A DNA stretch of 50,740 bases from Nemertoderma westbladi (taxonomy: Eukaryota; Animalia; Xenacoelomorpha), in assembly GCA_032718475.1 (NCBI GenBank), contig JAUCBJ010000312.1:1-50740 (forward strand). Direction: 5' to 3'. Positions 1 to 13,833 of the stretch are shown here, in pieces. Below the pieces are notes generated by a model, which saw only the letters and a list, made by a program, of their open reading frames with translations, had not been told where the DNA came from and made no database searches. Position 1 is the first letter of the stretch. Every line of letters begins with the position of its first letter. The translations under genes were made by a program, and so were the position numbers.

Positions 1-78
1 ATTAGATTTAGGAAACATTAGATTATAAATGCTAAAATAGCAATGTTATTTAAATATATTCATAAACTAATTACTAAC

Positions 79-316
79 GTTAAGGTACTCCTCCTCGACA
101 AACAGTCGAGAGAACGATAAGCTTTTGAACTGTTGTTGACGAAGGGGTTCTCCCAGATCGTCAACAGCCCCCGGCACGATAACATTGGTACCAATAGCAT
201 ACCTTGTCTCTTTGGAATATCTGGTAGAGTCACATGGGCATAAATGAAAAGGACCGTAGGTTCCCTGGCAGATGATACCCTACAGGTATACCCTTACATG
301 TGGTGGTTAGTCTCAT
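79..316 (-). pseudogene. Putative exon 3 of a degraded multi-exon gene of unknown family (C-x4-C-x9-C-x-C cluster)
   Basis: Acceptor ttttag|ATG at 317/316 and donor AAC|gttagt at 79/78. Reads MRLTTTCKGI-ICQGTYGPFHLCPCDSTRYSKETRYAIGTNVIVPGAVDDLGEPLRQQQFKSLSFSRLFVEEEYLN once a 13-nt imperfect tandem duplication (acatgtaagggtat/acctgtagggtat) is removed. 279..79 is stop-free. Confidence 0.5.
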
Positions 317-457
317 CTAAAATTATAATTAGTAACAATACAGTTAAATACTAGACTAAGTGTAGGATCCTCATGAGGCCATCCCCATCATTTCTTACAC
401 TCTAATATATAAATGTCAATATAACCAATCTAATATATTTATATATACATTAATAAT

Positions 458-676
458 GCAGCTTTATCTAGAGGTGACATTCCTGGGCTTCCAATTAGGG
501 AGCCCTGGTTCAATCCATAGATGGGGCAGCAATGTTTGGACGCAGTGCTTTAAATGCTACAGCATAGCCCAACCCCGGCTGACCCATTGTGGTGAACATG
601 CATTCCTTGGCTTGACGAGCCTAAAATAATCTCCCATTCAATACAACCAATATCAAGCCACTAATAAAAAGAATGC
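458..676 (+). mobile_element. Degenerate tRNA-derived SINE
   Basis: tRNA-like head (ggcttccaatt...ggttcaatcc, B-box-like), followed by an unrelated body and an A-rich end. Too degenerate to fold as a tRNA. Confidence 0.35.
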
Positions 677-1484
677 ATCATACAATGGTATTAATAATAA
701 TGAAATCACTGCCACAGGGACAGCGGGAAATTCAAATTCTCATCAAAAAATGTTGTTCTGTATTAATTAATACTGATAAACTGATATGTAAAAAATCATT
801 TTAACCTACCGGTACGGCCCCTCCACCAAGTCTGCATTATGCAGGATACTGGTGCTCTTGTAAGTAGCAGGGCTAACGTACACGGAGGCCATGAAACCAG
901 ACTACGAATTATATCAGCTCAAGTACAACTACGTCCACGTTCATAGGAGTGCGTTCCAGTACACTCACGACGAAATTATCCCTCGCCCCCCAGGGGGGGG
1001 GGGGGGGGGGGGGTCGCAACCAGCCAACGAGTCCGGATGCGAGACAGGTGTTGCCGTTTAGTGGGTCAGTACGTACAATTCCCTTGAAGGTCTGCACTTG
1101 TTTGGCTTTGTTCGGATGAATTCAGTGTGGATCGGAATTCCCCATTTCCAATTACACCACCAAAGAGACTGCCAATCCATAATTTCATTTCATTTCTCGT
1201 TAATGAATACTAATATAATAAGTAGTGACTCATAATGTAATAATGTGATAAATAAAAATCATCATCATCAAATAAGAATCATTATTTATTAAAATTATAC
1301 ATGTCATGTTTTACTAAATAATTTCGATAGGGCATGCAGGTTGTTTAGGTAAAGTGTTAGTAGTTTAAAATTTCCCGAATGAAACAGCACATTGATATAG
1401 TAAAATTCTACCGGTGCGTAATGTATTTTTACAGTGTACATGACATATTTAAAACATTAATTTATTTTTAATCTTATACATATA

Positions 1485-1726
1485 GAAACACGGTGGGAAA
1501 CTGGACGCAAATCCCATCTTGGCGAATTAATATCCCGCCACAATGTTAATTTCTCAATTTAGGGAAAGTAGCAGGACAGTGGAACGTTATTTAAACCAAA
1601 ACAATAAACTAAATACAATAGAACAGGTTGCAGTTTTAATTTGGAGAGTAAGCAGCTCTTATTTGAGTCCAATTTCCCCTGGAGAGGGATGAATTTATAT
1701 TGCGTCCAGTTTCCCACTCTATCTGG
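1485..1726. mobile_element. ~240-bp MITE, copy 1
   Basis: Perfect 18-bp inverted repeat gtgggaaactggacgcaa (1493-1510) / ttgcgtccagtttcccac (1700-1717). A colinear second copy is at 14213-14457. Confidence 0.8.
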
Positions 1727-2617
1727 AAAATCTGTAGGTATTAAGTATATATACTTAATAATAAACTTATATATACTTAATATAAACTATAATAAACTTA
1801 AGAAGTACTGTTTTAGAACCGAAATAAAGAAAGGTAAACAAAGGTTAGTTTATACTAAATACTGAAAACCAGAAACCATCGACTATTGTTAATTTGACTA
1901 TTGTTAATTGAATTTGTTAATTGTTAATTCGCACAACGCTCGAGTTCTAATGAACGAATTCTTATAATTTTTTTACCTGCTGATAGCTAAATAAATCGCC
2001 GTTTAGAAATATCTCACTTGGAGATGTTGTGAATAAATAAAAAAAGAACATGTCATAAAAACGAGCGTTACATGGTGGACAAAATCCTAGTGACGGCGTA
2101 ATTAATTGTTAGTAAATAGTAAATATATAAAATGTGAGTATCTTCGGTTGAAAACCACCAATAGTATGTGAAAGAGCATTAAATTTGCTTTATTTTGATG
2201 TATGGTATGTGGAACCTTTGCTTTCATTACTTTAGCTCAGAAGCCAAATATTTAAAAATAATTCAATGTGACATTTCAAAAAACATGCATTTTCTATATT
2301 TGAAATGGTGTCATTCTCTAGGTTGTGAATGAAATCTGTTGAAAATTTGCTGAAATATGAGCAGATTTCCGCTCTTCCGATTGGTATATAGGTTCATGGA
2401 GTTAAATCTGTGTCGTTTGGAAATATAACCGTGCGAATGCATGGCCATTTTGACATAAAAGTTTGGCCACTTTTTGTGAGAACGACCCATATATGTAATA
2501 TAATAAGTAATAATAAATAAATAATAATATAATATAGTATATATAATATGTTAAAATAATGATTACATACAGAATATATTACTATAATTCACTATACTAC
2601 TTCGATCCTGAACTTAC

Positions 2618-2901
2618 CCCTTCTAGTTCCAATTCAGGAACGTTGATTGAAAACGCGGACAGCTCCTCAGAATCCACTTGGATCTCTTTCGTTTCGTAGC
2701 TATTCCCGGAATGGCTACGGTCGGTAGCTGCACGTCGATGATGGGAATCAATCCCCGCGACTTGTCGCCCCGGAACGCCGGTTCCCGAAGGCGAACAAGC
2801 CCCCCCCCCCCATCCCCACGTTTTGTCCAAAAAACTTCTTCGTCTCGGCACCACCGTGGTTAATTACCGCAAACGTTTTCCCCGTCGTCAAATCTTTAAA
2901 A
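2618..2901 (-). pseudogene. Putative exon 2 of the same degraded gene
   Basis: Acceptor tatatag|T at 2902/2901 (phase 2, matching exon 1) and donor GGG|gtaagt at 2618/2617 (phase 0, matching exon 3). Reads FKDLTTGKTFAVINHGGAETKKFFGQNVGMG / LVRLREPAFRGDKSRGLIPIIDVQLP / EIQVDSEELSAFSINVPELELEG with two frameshifts, one in the C12 run at 2800-2811. Confidence 0.45.
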
Positions 2902-3227
2902 CTATATAAATTCATTGAAGTGAAAGTTCAACATTAGAAACATAATAACGGAAATTTTTGTAAATTTCCCTGAGAAATCCAGCAATGCGCTATATAGTAC
3001 CAGAAAAAATACAAATTTGTTCATAAACGAAAACATATAAAATATTTTGTCACTAAAACATACTGAACTCACACAAATCAACATAATTTATTATATACAC
3101 ACGAAATAAAAGCATACTTTTAATTAAAAAAGTCTACCGATAAGAGCATTTTGAAATCCGGCCCCTGCATAATTTCCTAATAACTGTCTGTTGGACGTCC
3201 TGTTAGTTTATATAAATTTTATTTTGT

Positions 3228-5202
3228 GATCGGCATGCTGCATTGCAGCTGCATTTTTAAGAATGCTGTGCCGGCTTGTCGACAAAATTGCGCCGCCGCA
3301 ACTCCCTATCACCCATGACATTTGCTAGATCATCCGCATCTTTAAGGCCAGTGTCCTTTAAGATGCGTCTCAAGAAAGTCATGGATTGTCCACCATGCTT
3401 ATTCACTCCATGAGGCTGCAAAAGTACAAGATTATGCACTGGCTGGTCCTCACGGCGAAAGCAATGTCCTGCAAAGTGGAGGCGATTTTGTTCTAGTGTC
3501 AAGCTTGGGGGAACCAATGAGACACCTCCAATGCTATATAGTGTCTGGTTGGAGATGTGTGCATTGAACTTGACACAATGAACCCATCGTAGAATTCTTG
3601 TGAATGTGCCATCCAGAGATTTGGTGTCATCAGCAGTTAGAGCCCAGCATGCACTCCCATAGAGGAGTACTGGAACTACTGCTGCTCTAAATAATCGGAC
3701 CTTAAGTTTCCGATTAATTCTCGGTGACTTCCAAATCCTGCAAAGCCTATTCAAGGATGCCCATGCCTTTCCCTTACGTATTCGAAGGTCCTCACCTAAC
3801 TTCCGGATCCATTGGTCTTAATGCTCTTTGCCTCAGCCTTCACTTCTGCAAAGGAGATATCGCCAATGGGAATATCTGGGAGTACAGACTCAGACATTTT
3901 TACTTCTATAAAGATATCAGGCAATACCCTGTCATTATTGAGGAGCTTTTCAAAGTGGGCCTTCCAACCATTGAGGCAATCGGCTGATGATTCAGCCTTA
4001 ACCTTGGTGGTTGGTTGGCTTTTCCGCCCAGTAAGCAAGTTGATCGATTTCCATGCCTGGGATGATTGCCTGATGTCGTCAGCATCATTGATGGCATCAA
4101 CCTGTTGGTTTATTAGCTCCTGTAGAATAACAGAGTACTGCCTGTTCAGGGACCTAGATGCAGCCTTAACTGCATTCTTGGCCGCTGTAGTCTGTTTGAG
4201 TCGGGACTCTTTCTGCGCCTTGTAGAGGTAATTTTGACACTTCTGAATTTTGTTGTCAGTCCAGGGGGCCCTTTTCCTGTTTCGAGGGTATACAGGAACT
4301 GTATCTGCAGCTGCTAACAAAAACTGATTCTGTGAAGGCAGTATAGCCCTCACAGTGATCTGCCGCCTCAGAGACAAGAACCTCATACCTGTTGCTCAGC
4401 TGTAGTGTGAAGCTGGATCTCACACTTGGCTGTTGCAACAGAGAGGACCAGTCATGCCGCGGCAGGGCAGATTTCGTTGTTCTGCTAGCAGGCAGACTAC
4501 GTCTTATTGGGCCACAATAAGGCGGTGATCACTGGAGAAGGGTCGAAGTGTAAATGCATTACAGTCTTGTATAGAGCTCCTGTATTTCCTACGAAACAGA
4601 ATATGGTTTATCTGGGACTTGTGACCACTGGGTCCACTATGAGTCCATAGCTTTCCAGTTCGCTTCTTGAACTGGTTTCCAGCCGAAAACAATCCATTTC
4701 CAGAGATAAAATCCTGAAGATGGACGGAATTTCGGTTGACACTATTGCTATAGACCCAGGGCGATGTAGGTGATTGATGCAGACTTGCATTAAAGTCTCC
4801 CAGGAATGTTAAGAATGCATGCTGATCCACTCCATCAGTAGCTGCTTGTAGATTATGGTAAAAATTTTCCACCTCCTCTACAGGGGCAACACTAGTTGGG
4901 GAGTAGCACACAATCAGAACCACCTTAGGAAACTTCTTAGCCAGTCTTCCAGAACATGAGAAGTGGCAACGGATGATGCGGTTAGAGATTTGGTCTATTT
5001 TGTCCAATTCTGCATGTGCAGTTGGATTCCTCAATAGACCAATTCCACCATTGCCACTATCATCTTCTGAAGCGCGGGCGAGTCGCCAACCGCCCCCATG
5101 TCCTTAATCAGAACCTCATCAGTCTGTCCCGTCTGCATTCGGTGCTCTTGAACACCCACTGCGCTAAGAGAAATCTTATCTACCAAGGCAGTCGGGTATT
5201 AA
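3228..5202 (-). mobile_element. RTE-clade LINE, family A, with APE endonuclease, linker and C-terminus; RT core deleted
   Basis: ORF 4504-5034 has APE motifs (CYSPT, LGDFNA, SQINHIL, SDHRL). ORF 3257-3754 has the RTE C-terminal signature IWKS..LKVRLFRAAVVPVLLYGS..W. The 3' end is shared with the copies at 6255 and 30515. Confidence 0.9.
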
Positions 5203-5266
5203 ATAAATTTAAATCACTAAAGAATTAATAATCAATAACAATTATTATATGGAATGAAATACTTAC

Positions 5267-5448
5267 ATTAAATATATCATGGTGTTATAATTTAATTTCT
5301 GCTTTTTTGAACCTCCCTCCTTCGGTTTATACCTTTTGCTTGGTGTGACGATGTGTATTATTCTTCCCTCGAGGAAGCGACCCTCCATCAACCCTCTCCT
5401 CGTCAACACTGTCCGCAGACCTACAATACCTCCAACAGCTGCCATTCT
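5267..5448 (-). pseudogene. Putative exon 1 of the same degraded gene
   Basis: Acceptor tttcag|AGA ATG, ORF MAAVGGIVGLRTVLTRRGLMEGRFLEGRIIHIVTPSKRYKPKEGGSKKQKLNYNTMIYL, donor AT|gtaagt at 5267/5266. The RTE element lies wholly within the predicted intron to 2902. Confidence 0.45.
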
Positions 5449-6254
5449 CTGAAACGTACAATATTAAAAACATTATCAAAGTTGTATCACAATTAGTGCT
5501 GTGTCACGTAACTTGTCTATTGGCATGGTCACTGGTCAGCCCTGATATGCTAAGATAAAAATTAACGAAACTTTCTAAACTTTTTGTCTACTAACACACA
5601 TACAAAATTTAAAAAAATTTAGCAATGCCATTCCTGATAAGTAAGCGTCCAAAGATTAGACCGATTAGACCGACCGACATACAGCACGAGTTTGAGATAA
5701 TGGTACCCTTATGCTGAGCTCGCTAACTTTCGTGGCTCGCCCCACATACTGCCTTGCATACTTATTTGTCTTACTGTAGGTTCACCTAAAAAAATAATTT
5801 GATAAACTCGAAACGCGTAATGATATTATAATTACATATTTTCTAATGCCATTTAATATTCTATAACAAATAATTTATAGTCCATTAATATAATAAATCT
5901 ACAATATCAATATACATATAGAATATACATAATCTATAATATATATATAATATACTGACTATTACAGTATAAACATTACAAGAAATGGTTTAACATTTCC
6001 TACTGTAAATCCATTAATATTTAAAGATTGTTTTATTGGCAAACATTGTTACCTAATTTAAGTAAAGTAGTGCGAATTACAGCTGCAGCCTTTAACCATT
6101 TACTGTCCGAATTATGAAAATTTGTCAGGAAACTTATTTTGTGGTAATTATCATTACTTGGGGCCTAAATAAGCATAATTAAATTCAATTTGTTAAAGTT
6201 TTAAGCGTTCGCTACACCAGCCCAAGATGGAGACTTAAGTAAGACATTTATACG

Positions 6255-6600
6255 ATACTACTAGGATCGGCATGCTGCATTGCAGCTGCATTTTTAAGAA
6301 TGCTGTGCCGGCTTATCGACAAAATTGCACCACCACAACTCCCTATCACCCATGACATTTGCTAGATCATCCGCATCTTCAAGACCAGAGTCCTTTAAGA
6401 TGCGTCTCAAGAAAGTCATGGGCTGTCCACCATGCTTATTCACTCTATGGGGCTGCCAAAGTACAAGATTATGCACTGACTGGTCCTCACGGCGAAAGCA
6501 ATGTCCTGCAAAGCGGAGGCGATTTTGTTCTAGTGTCAAGCTTGGGGGAACCAATGAGACATCTCCAATGTTATATAGTGTCTGGTTGGAGATGTATGCA
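6255..6600 (-). mobile_element. 5'-truncated RTE LINE, family A
   Basis: Near-identical to 3228-3562 (ORF 6294-6554 ..RLRFAGHCFRREDQ..KPAQHS). Residual (TAG)n tail at 6255-6265. Confidence 0.9.
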
Positions 6601-9600
6601 GTGTACTGAAATTAGTAACTGTGGACTGATATTAGTAACTATTTACTAAAATTAGTAAATGTGTACTGAAATTAGTAAATGTGTACTGAAATTAGTAACT
6701 GTGTACTGAAATTAGTAACTGTGTACTGAAATTAGTAACTGTGTACTGCTGTACTGAAATTAGTAAATGTGTACTAAAATTAGTAACTAAGGACTGAAAT
6801 TAGTAACTGTGTACTGAAATTAGTAACTGAGGACTGATATTAGTAACTATTTACTAAAATTAGTAAATGTGTACTGAAATTAGTAACTAGGTACTGAAAT
6901 TAGTTACCGGGTACTGAAATTAGTAAATGTGTACTGAAATTAGTAACTGTGTACTGAAATTAGTAACTGAGGACTGATATTAGTAACTGTGTACTGAAAT
7001 TAGTAACTGTGTACTGAAATTAGTAACTGGGCACTGAAATTAGTAACTGGGTACTGAAATTAGTAACTGTGTACTGAAATTAGTAACTGGGTACTAAAAT
7101 TAGTAACTGTGTACTGAAATTAGTAAATGTGTACTGAAATTAGTAACTGGGTACTGAAATTAGTAACTGGGTACTGAAATTAGTAACTGTGTACTGAAAT
7201 TAGTAACTGGGTACTGAAATTAGTTACCGGTTTCTGATATTAGTAACTGTGTACTGAAATTAGTAACTGGGTACTGAAATTAGTTACCGGTTTCTGATAT
7301 TAGTAACTGTGTACTGAAATTAGTAACTGGGTACTGAAATTAGTTACCGGTTTCTGAAATTAGTAACTGTGTACTGAAATTAGTAACTGAGGACTGATAT
7401 TAGTAACTGTGTACTGAAATTAGTAACTGGGTACTGAAATTAGTAAATGTGTACTGAAATTAGTAACTGGGTACTGAAATTAGTAACTGGGTACTGAAAT
7501 TAGTTACTGTGTACTGAAATTAGTAACTGGGTACTAAAATTAGTAACTGGGTACTAAAATTAGTAACTGGGTACTAAAATTAGTAACTGTGTACTGAAAT
7601 TAGTTACCGGTTTCTGAAATTAGTAACTGGGTACTGAAATTAGTAACTGAGGACTGATATTAGTAACTGTGTACTGAAATTTGTAACTGGGTACTGAAAT
7701 TAGTAAATGTGTACTGAAATTAGTAACTGGGTACTGAAATTAGTAACTGAGGACTGATATTAGTAACTGAGGACTGATATTAGTAACTGTGTACTGAAAT
7801 TAGTAACTGGGTACTGAAATTAGTAAATGTGTAATAAAATTAGTAACTGGGTACTGAAATTAGTAACTGAGGACTGATATTAGTAACTGTGTACTGAAAT
7901 TAGTAACTGGGTACAGAAATTAGTAACTGTGTACTGAAATTAGTAACTGGGTACTGAAATTAGTAACTGGGTACTGAAATTAGAAACTGTGTACTGAAAT
8001 TAGTAACTGGGTACTGAAATTAGTTACCGGTTTCTGAAATTAGTAACTGTGTACTGAAATTAGTTACTGGGTACTGAAATTAGTAAATGTGTACTGAAAT
8101 TAGTAACTGTGTACTGAAATTAGTAACTGAGGACTGAAATTAGTAACTGGGTACTGAAATTAGTAACTGTGTACTGAAATTAGTAAATGTGTAATGAAAT
8201 TAGTAACTGGGTACTGAAATTAGTAACTGAGGACTGATATTAGTAACTGTGTACTAAAATTAGTAACTAGGTACTGAAATTAGTTACCGGGTACTGAAAT
8301 TAGTAACTAGGTACTGAAATTAGTTACCGTGTACTGAAATTAGTAACTGTGTACTGAAATTAGTAACTGAGGACCGATAGTAGTAACTGTGTACTGAAAT
8401 TAGTAACTGGGTACTGAAATTAGTAAATGTGTACTGAAATTAGTAACTGGGTACTGAAATTAGTAACTGAGGACTGATATTAGTAACTGTGTACTGAAAT
8501 TAGTAACTGGGTACTAAAATTAGTAACTGGGTACTGAAATTAGTAACTGTGTACTGAAATTAGTAACTGGGTACTGAAATTAGTTACCGGTTTCTGAAAT
8601 TAGTAACTGGGTACTGAAATTAGTAACTGTGTACTGGTGTACTGAAATTAGTAACTGTGTACTGAAATTAGTAACTGTGTACTGAAATTAGTAACTGGGT
8701 ACTGAAATTAGTTACCGGTTTCTGAAATTAGTAACTGTGTACTGAAATTAGTTACTGGGTACTGAAATTAGTAACTGTGTACTGAAATTAATAAATGTGT
8801 ACTGAAATTAGTAAATGTGTACTGAAATTAGTAACTGTGTACTGAAATTAGTAACTAGGTACTGAAATTAGTAACTGTGTAATGAAATTAGTAACTGTGT
8901 ACTAAAATTAGTAACTGTGTACTGAAATTAGTTACCGGTTTCTGAAATTAGTAACTGTGTACTGAAATTAGTAACTGTGTACTGAAATTAGTAACTAGGT
9001 ACTGAAATTAGTTACCGGGTACTGAAATTAGTAACTGTGTACTGAAATTAGTAACTGGGTACTGAAATTAGTTACCGGGTACTGAAATTAGTAACTGTGT
9101 ACTGAAATTAGTAACAGGATACTGAAATTAGTAAATGTGTACTGAAATTAGTAACTAGGTACTGAAATTAGTTACTGGGTACTGAAATTAGTAACTGTGT
9201 ACTGAAATTAGTAACTGGGTACTGAAATTAGTTACCGGTTTCTGAAATTAGTAACTGGGTACTGAAATTAGTAACTGTGTACTGAAATTAGTTACCGGTT
9301 TCTGAAATTAGTAACTGGGTACTGAAATTAGTAACTGTGTACTGAAATTAGTAGCGGGTACTGAAATTAGTAACTGGGTACTGAAATTAGTTACCGGTTT
9401 CTGAAATTAGTAACTGGGTACTGAAATTAGTTACTGGGTACTGAAATTAGTAAATGTGTACTGAAATTAGTAACTGGGTACTGAAATTAGTAACTGTGTA
9501 CTGAAATTAGTAAATATGTACTGAAATTAGTAACTGGGTACTGAAATTAGTAACTGTGTACTGAAATTAGTAAATGTGTACTGAAATTAGTAACTGGGTA

Positions 9601-12600
9601 CTGAAATTAGTAAATGTGTACTGAAATTAGTAACTGGGTACTGAAATTAGTTACCGGGTACTGAAATTAGTAACTGTGTACTGAAATTAGTAACTGTGTA
9701 CTGAAATTAGTAACTGGGTAATGAAATTAGTTACCGGGTACTGAAATTAGTTACCGGGTACTGAAATTAGTTACCGGGTACTGAAATTAGTAACTGTGTA
9801 CTGAAATTAGTAACTGGGTACTGAAATTAGTAACTGTGTACTGAAATTAGTAACTGGGTACTGAAATTAGTAACTGTGTACTGAAATTAGTAAATGTGTA
9901 CTGAAATTAGTAACTGGGTACTGAAATTAGTTACCGGGTACTGAAATTAGTTACCGGGTACTAAAATTAGTAACTGGGTACTGAAATTAGTAACTGTGTA
10001 CTGAAATTAGTAAATGTGTACTGAAATTAGTAACTGGGTACTGAAATTAGTAACTGGGTACTGAAATTAGTAACTGTGTACTGAAATTAGTAACTGGGTA
10101 CTGAAATTAGTAACTGAGGACTGATATTAGTAACTGTGTACTGAAATTTGTAACTGGGTACTGAAATTAGTAAATGTGTACTGAAATTAGTAACTGGGTA
10201 CTGAAATTAGTAACTGAGGACTGATATTAGTAACTGAGGACTGATATTAGTAACTGTGTACTGAAATTAGTAACTGGGTACTGAAATTAGTAAATGTGTA
10301 ATAAAATTAGTAACTGGGTACTGAAATTAGTAACTGAGGACTGATATTAGTAACTGTGTACTGAAATTTGTAACTGGGTACTGAAATTAGTAAATGTGTA
10401 CTGAAATTAGTAACTGGGTACTGAAATTAGTAACTGAGGACTGATATTAGTAACTGAGGACTGATATTAGTAACTGTGTACTGAAATTAGTAACTGGGTA
10501 CTGAAATTAGTAAATGTGTAATAAAATTAGTAACTGGGTACTGAAATTAGTAACTGAGGACTGATATTAGTAACTGTGTACTGAAATTAGTAACTGGGTA
10601 CAGAAATTAGTAACTGTGTACTGAAATTAGTAACTGGGTACTGAAATTAGTAACTGGGTACTGAAATTAGAAACTGTGTACTGAAATTAGTAACTGGGTA
10701 CTGAAATTAGTTACCGGTTTCTGAAATTAGTAACTGTGTACTGAAATTAGTTACTGGGTACTGAAATTAGTAAATGTGTACTGAAATTAGTAACTGTGTA
10801 CTGAAATTAGTAACTGAGGACTGAAATTAGTAACTGGGTACTGAAATTAGTAACTGTGTACTGAAATTAGTAAATGTGTAATGAAATTAGTAACTGGGTA
10901 CTGAAATTAGTAACTGAGGACTGATATTAGTAACTGTGTACTAAAATTAGTAACTAGGTACTGAAATTAGTTACCGGGTACTGAAATTAGTAACTAGGTA
11001 CTGAAATTAGTTACCGTGTACTGAAATTAGTAACTGTGTACTGAAATTAGTAACTGAGGACCGATAGTAGTAACTGTGTACTGAAATTAGTAACTGGGTA
11101 CTGAAATTAGTAAATGTGTACTGAAATTAGTAACTGGGTACTGAAATTAGTAACTGAGGACTGATATTAGTAACTGTGTACTGAAATTAGTAACTGGGTA
11201 CTAAAATTAGTAACTGGGTACTGAAATTAGTAACTGTGTACTGAAATTAGTAACTGGGTACTGAAATTAGTTACCGGTTTCTGAAATTAGTAACTGGGTA
11301 CTGAAATTAGTAACTGTGTACTGGTGTACTGAAATTAGTAACTGTGTACTGAAATTAGTAACTGTGTACTGAAATTAGTAACTGGGTACTGAAATTAGTT
11401 ACCGGTTTCTGAAATTAGTAACTGTGTACTGAAATTAGTTACTGGGTACTGAAATTAGTAACTGTGTACTGAAATTAATAAATGTGTACTGAAATTAGTA
11501 AATGTGTACTGAAATTAGTAACTGTGTACTGAAATTAGTAACTAGGTACTGAAATTAGTAACTGTGTAATGAAATTAGTAACTGTGTACTAAAATTAGTA
11601 ACTGTGTACTGAAATTAGTTACCGGTTTCTGAAATTAGTAACTGTGTACTGAAATTAGTAACTGTGTACTGAAATTAGTAACTAGGTACTGAAATTAGTT
11701 ACCGGGTACTGAAATTAGTAACTGTGTACTGAAATTAGTAACTGGGTACTGAAATTAGTTACCGGGTACTGAAATTAGTAACTGTGTACTGAAATTAGTA
11801 ACAGGATACTGAAATTAGTAAATGTGTACTGAAATTAGTAACTAGGTACTGAAATTAGTTACTGGGTACTGAAATTAGTAACTGTGTACTGAAATTAGTA
11901 ACTGGGTACTGAAATTAGTTACCGGTTTCTGAAATTAGTAACTGGGTACTGAAATTAGTAACTGTGTACTGAAATTAGTTACCGGTTTCTGAAATTAGTA
12001 ACTGGGTACTGAAATTAGTAACTGTGTACTGAAATTAGTAGCGGGTACTGAAATTAGTAACTGGGTACTGAAATTAGTTACCGGTTTCTGAAATTAGTAA
12101 CTGGGTACTGAAATTAGTTACTGGGTACTGAAATTAGTAAATGTGTACTGAAATTAGTAACTGGGTACTGAAATTAGTAACTGTGTACTGAAATTAGTAA
12201 ATATGTACTGAAATTAGTAACTGGGTACTGAAATTAGTAACTGTGTACTGAAATTAGTAAATGTGTACTGAAATTAGTAACTGGGTACTGAAATTAGTAA
12301 ATGTGTACTGAAATTAGTAACTGGGTACTGAAATTAGTTACCGGGTACTGAAATTAGTAACTGTGTACTGAAATTAGTAACTGTGTACTGAAATTAGTAA
12401 CTGGGTAATGAAATTAGTTACCGGGTACTGAAATTAGTTACCGGGTACTGAAATTAGTTACCGGGTACTGAAATTAGTAACTGTGTACTGAAATTAGTAA
12501 CTGGGTACTGAAATTAGTAACTGTGTACTGAAATTAGTAACTGGGTACTGAAATTAGTAACTGTGTACTGAAATTAGTAAATGTGTACTGAAATTAGTAA

Positions 12601-13833
12601 CTGGGTACTGAAATTAGTTACCGGGTACTGAAATTAGTTACCGGGTACTAAAATTAGTAACGGTGTATGTACTGAAATTAGTAACTGGGTACTGAAATTA
12701 GTAACTGTGTACTGAAATTAGTTACCGGGTACTGAAATTAGTTACCGGGTACTGAAATTAGTAACTGGGTACTGAAATTAGTAACTGTGTACTGAAATTA
12801 GTAACTGGGTACTGAAATTAGTTACCGGTTTCTGATATTAGTAACTGTGTACTGAAATTAGTAACTGGGTACTGAAATTAGTAACTGTGTACTGAAATTA
12901 GTAACTGGGTACTGAAATTAGTAACTGGGTACTGAAATTAGTTACCGGGTACTGAAATTAGTAACTGTGTACTGAAATTAGTAACGGTGTACTGAAATTA
13001 GTAACAGGGTACTGAAATTAGTAAATGTGTACTGAAATTAGTAACTAGGTACTGAAATTAGTTACCGGGTACTGAAATTAGTAACTGTGTACTGAAATTA
13101 GTAACTGTGTACTGAAATTAGTAACAAGGTACTGAAATTAGTTACCGGGTACTGATATTAGTAACTATGTACTGAAATTCGTAACTGAGTACTGAAATTA
13201 GTTACCGGGTACTGAAATTAGTAACTGTGTACTGAAATTAGTAACAGGGTACTGAAATTAGTAAATGTGTACTGAAATTAGTAACTAGGTACTGAAATTA
13301 GTTACCGGGAACTGAAATTAGTAACTGTGTACTGAAATTAGTAACTGTGTACTGAAATTAGTAACTGTGTACTGAAATTAGTAACTGTGTACTGAAATTA
13401 GTAACTGGGTACTGAAATTAGTTACCGGGTACTGAAATTAGTAACTGTGTACTGAAATTAGTAACTGTGTACTGAAATTAGTAACAGGGTACAGAAATTA
13501 GTTACCGGGTACTAAAATTAGTAACTGTGTACTGAAATTAGTAGCTGGGTACTGAAATTAGTAACAGGGTACAGAAATTAGTTACCGTGTACTGAAATTA
13601 GTAACTGTGTACTGAAATTAGTAACTGTGTACTGAAATTAGTGACTGAGTACTGAAATTAGTAACTGTCTACTGAAATTAGTAACTGGGTACTGAAATTA
13701 GTAACTGTGTACTAAAATTAGTAACTGGGCACTGAAATTAGTTACCGGGTACTGAAATTAGTAACTGTGTACTAAAATTAGTAACTGGGTACTGAAATTA
13801 GTAACTGTGTAGTGAAATTAGTAACTGGGTACT
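6601..13833. repeat. 20-bp satellite, consensus GTACTGAAATTAGTAACTG(T/G), ~360 monomers
   Basis: Directly visible, with recurrent variants (ttaccggtttct, gaggactgatat, aaatgtgt). Confidence 0.99.

Noticed and set aside
809-1150. Additional exon of the 79-5448 gene
   Set aside because: A donor-like site exists at ~808, but no frame is both open and phase-compatible, and the G-run at 993-1013 makes the frame uncertain.
6601-13833. CRISPR-like or coding interpretation of the 20-bp array
   Set aside because: There are no unique spacers and no cas genes, the context is eukaryotic, and the 20-bp period puts stops in all frames.
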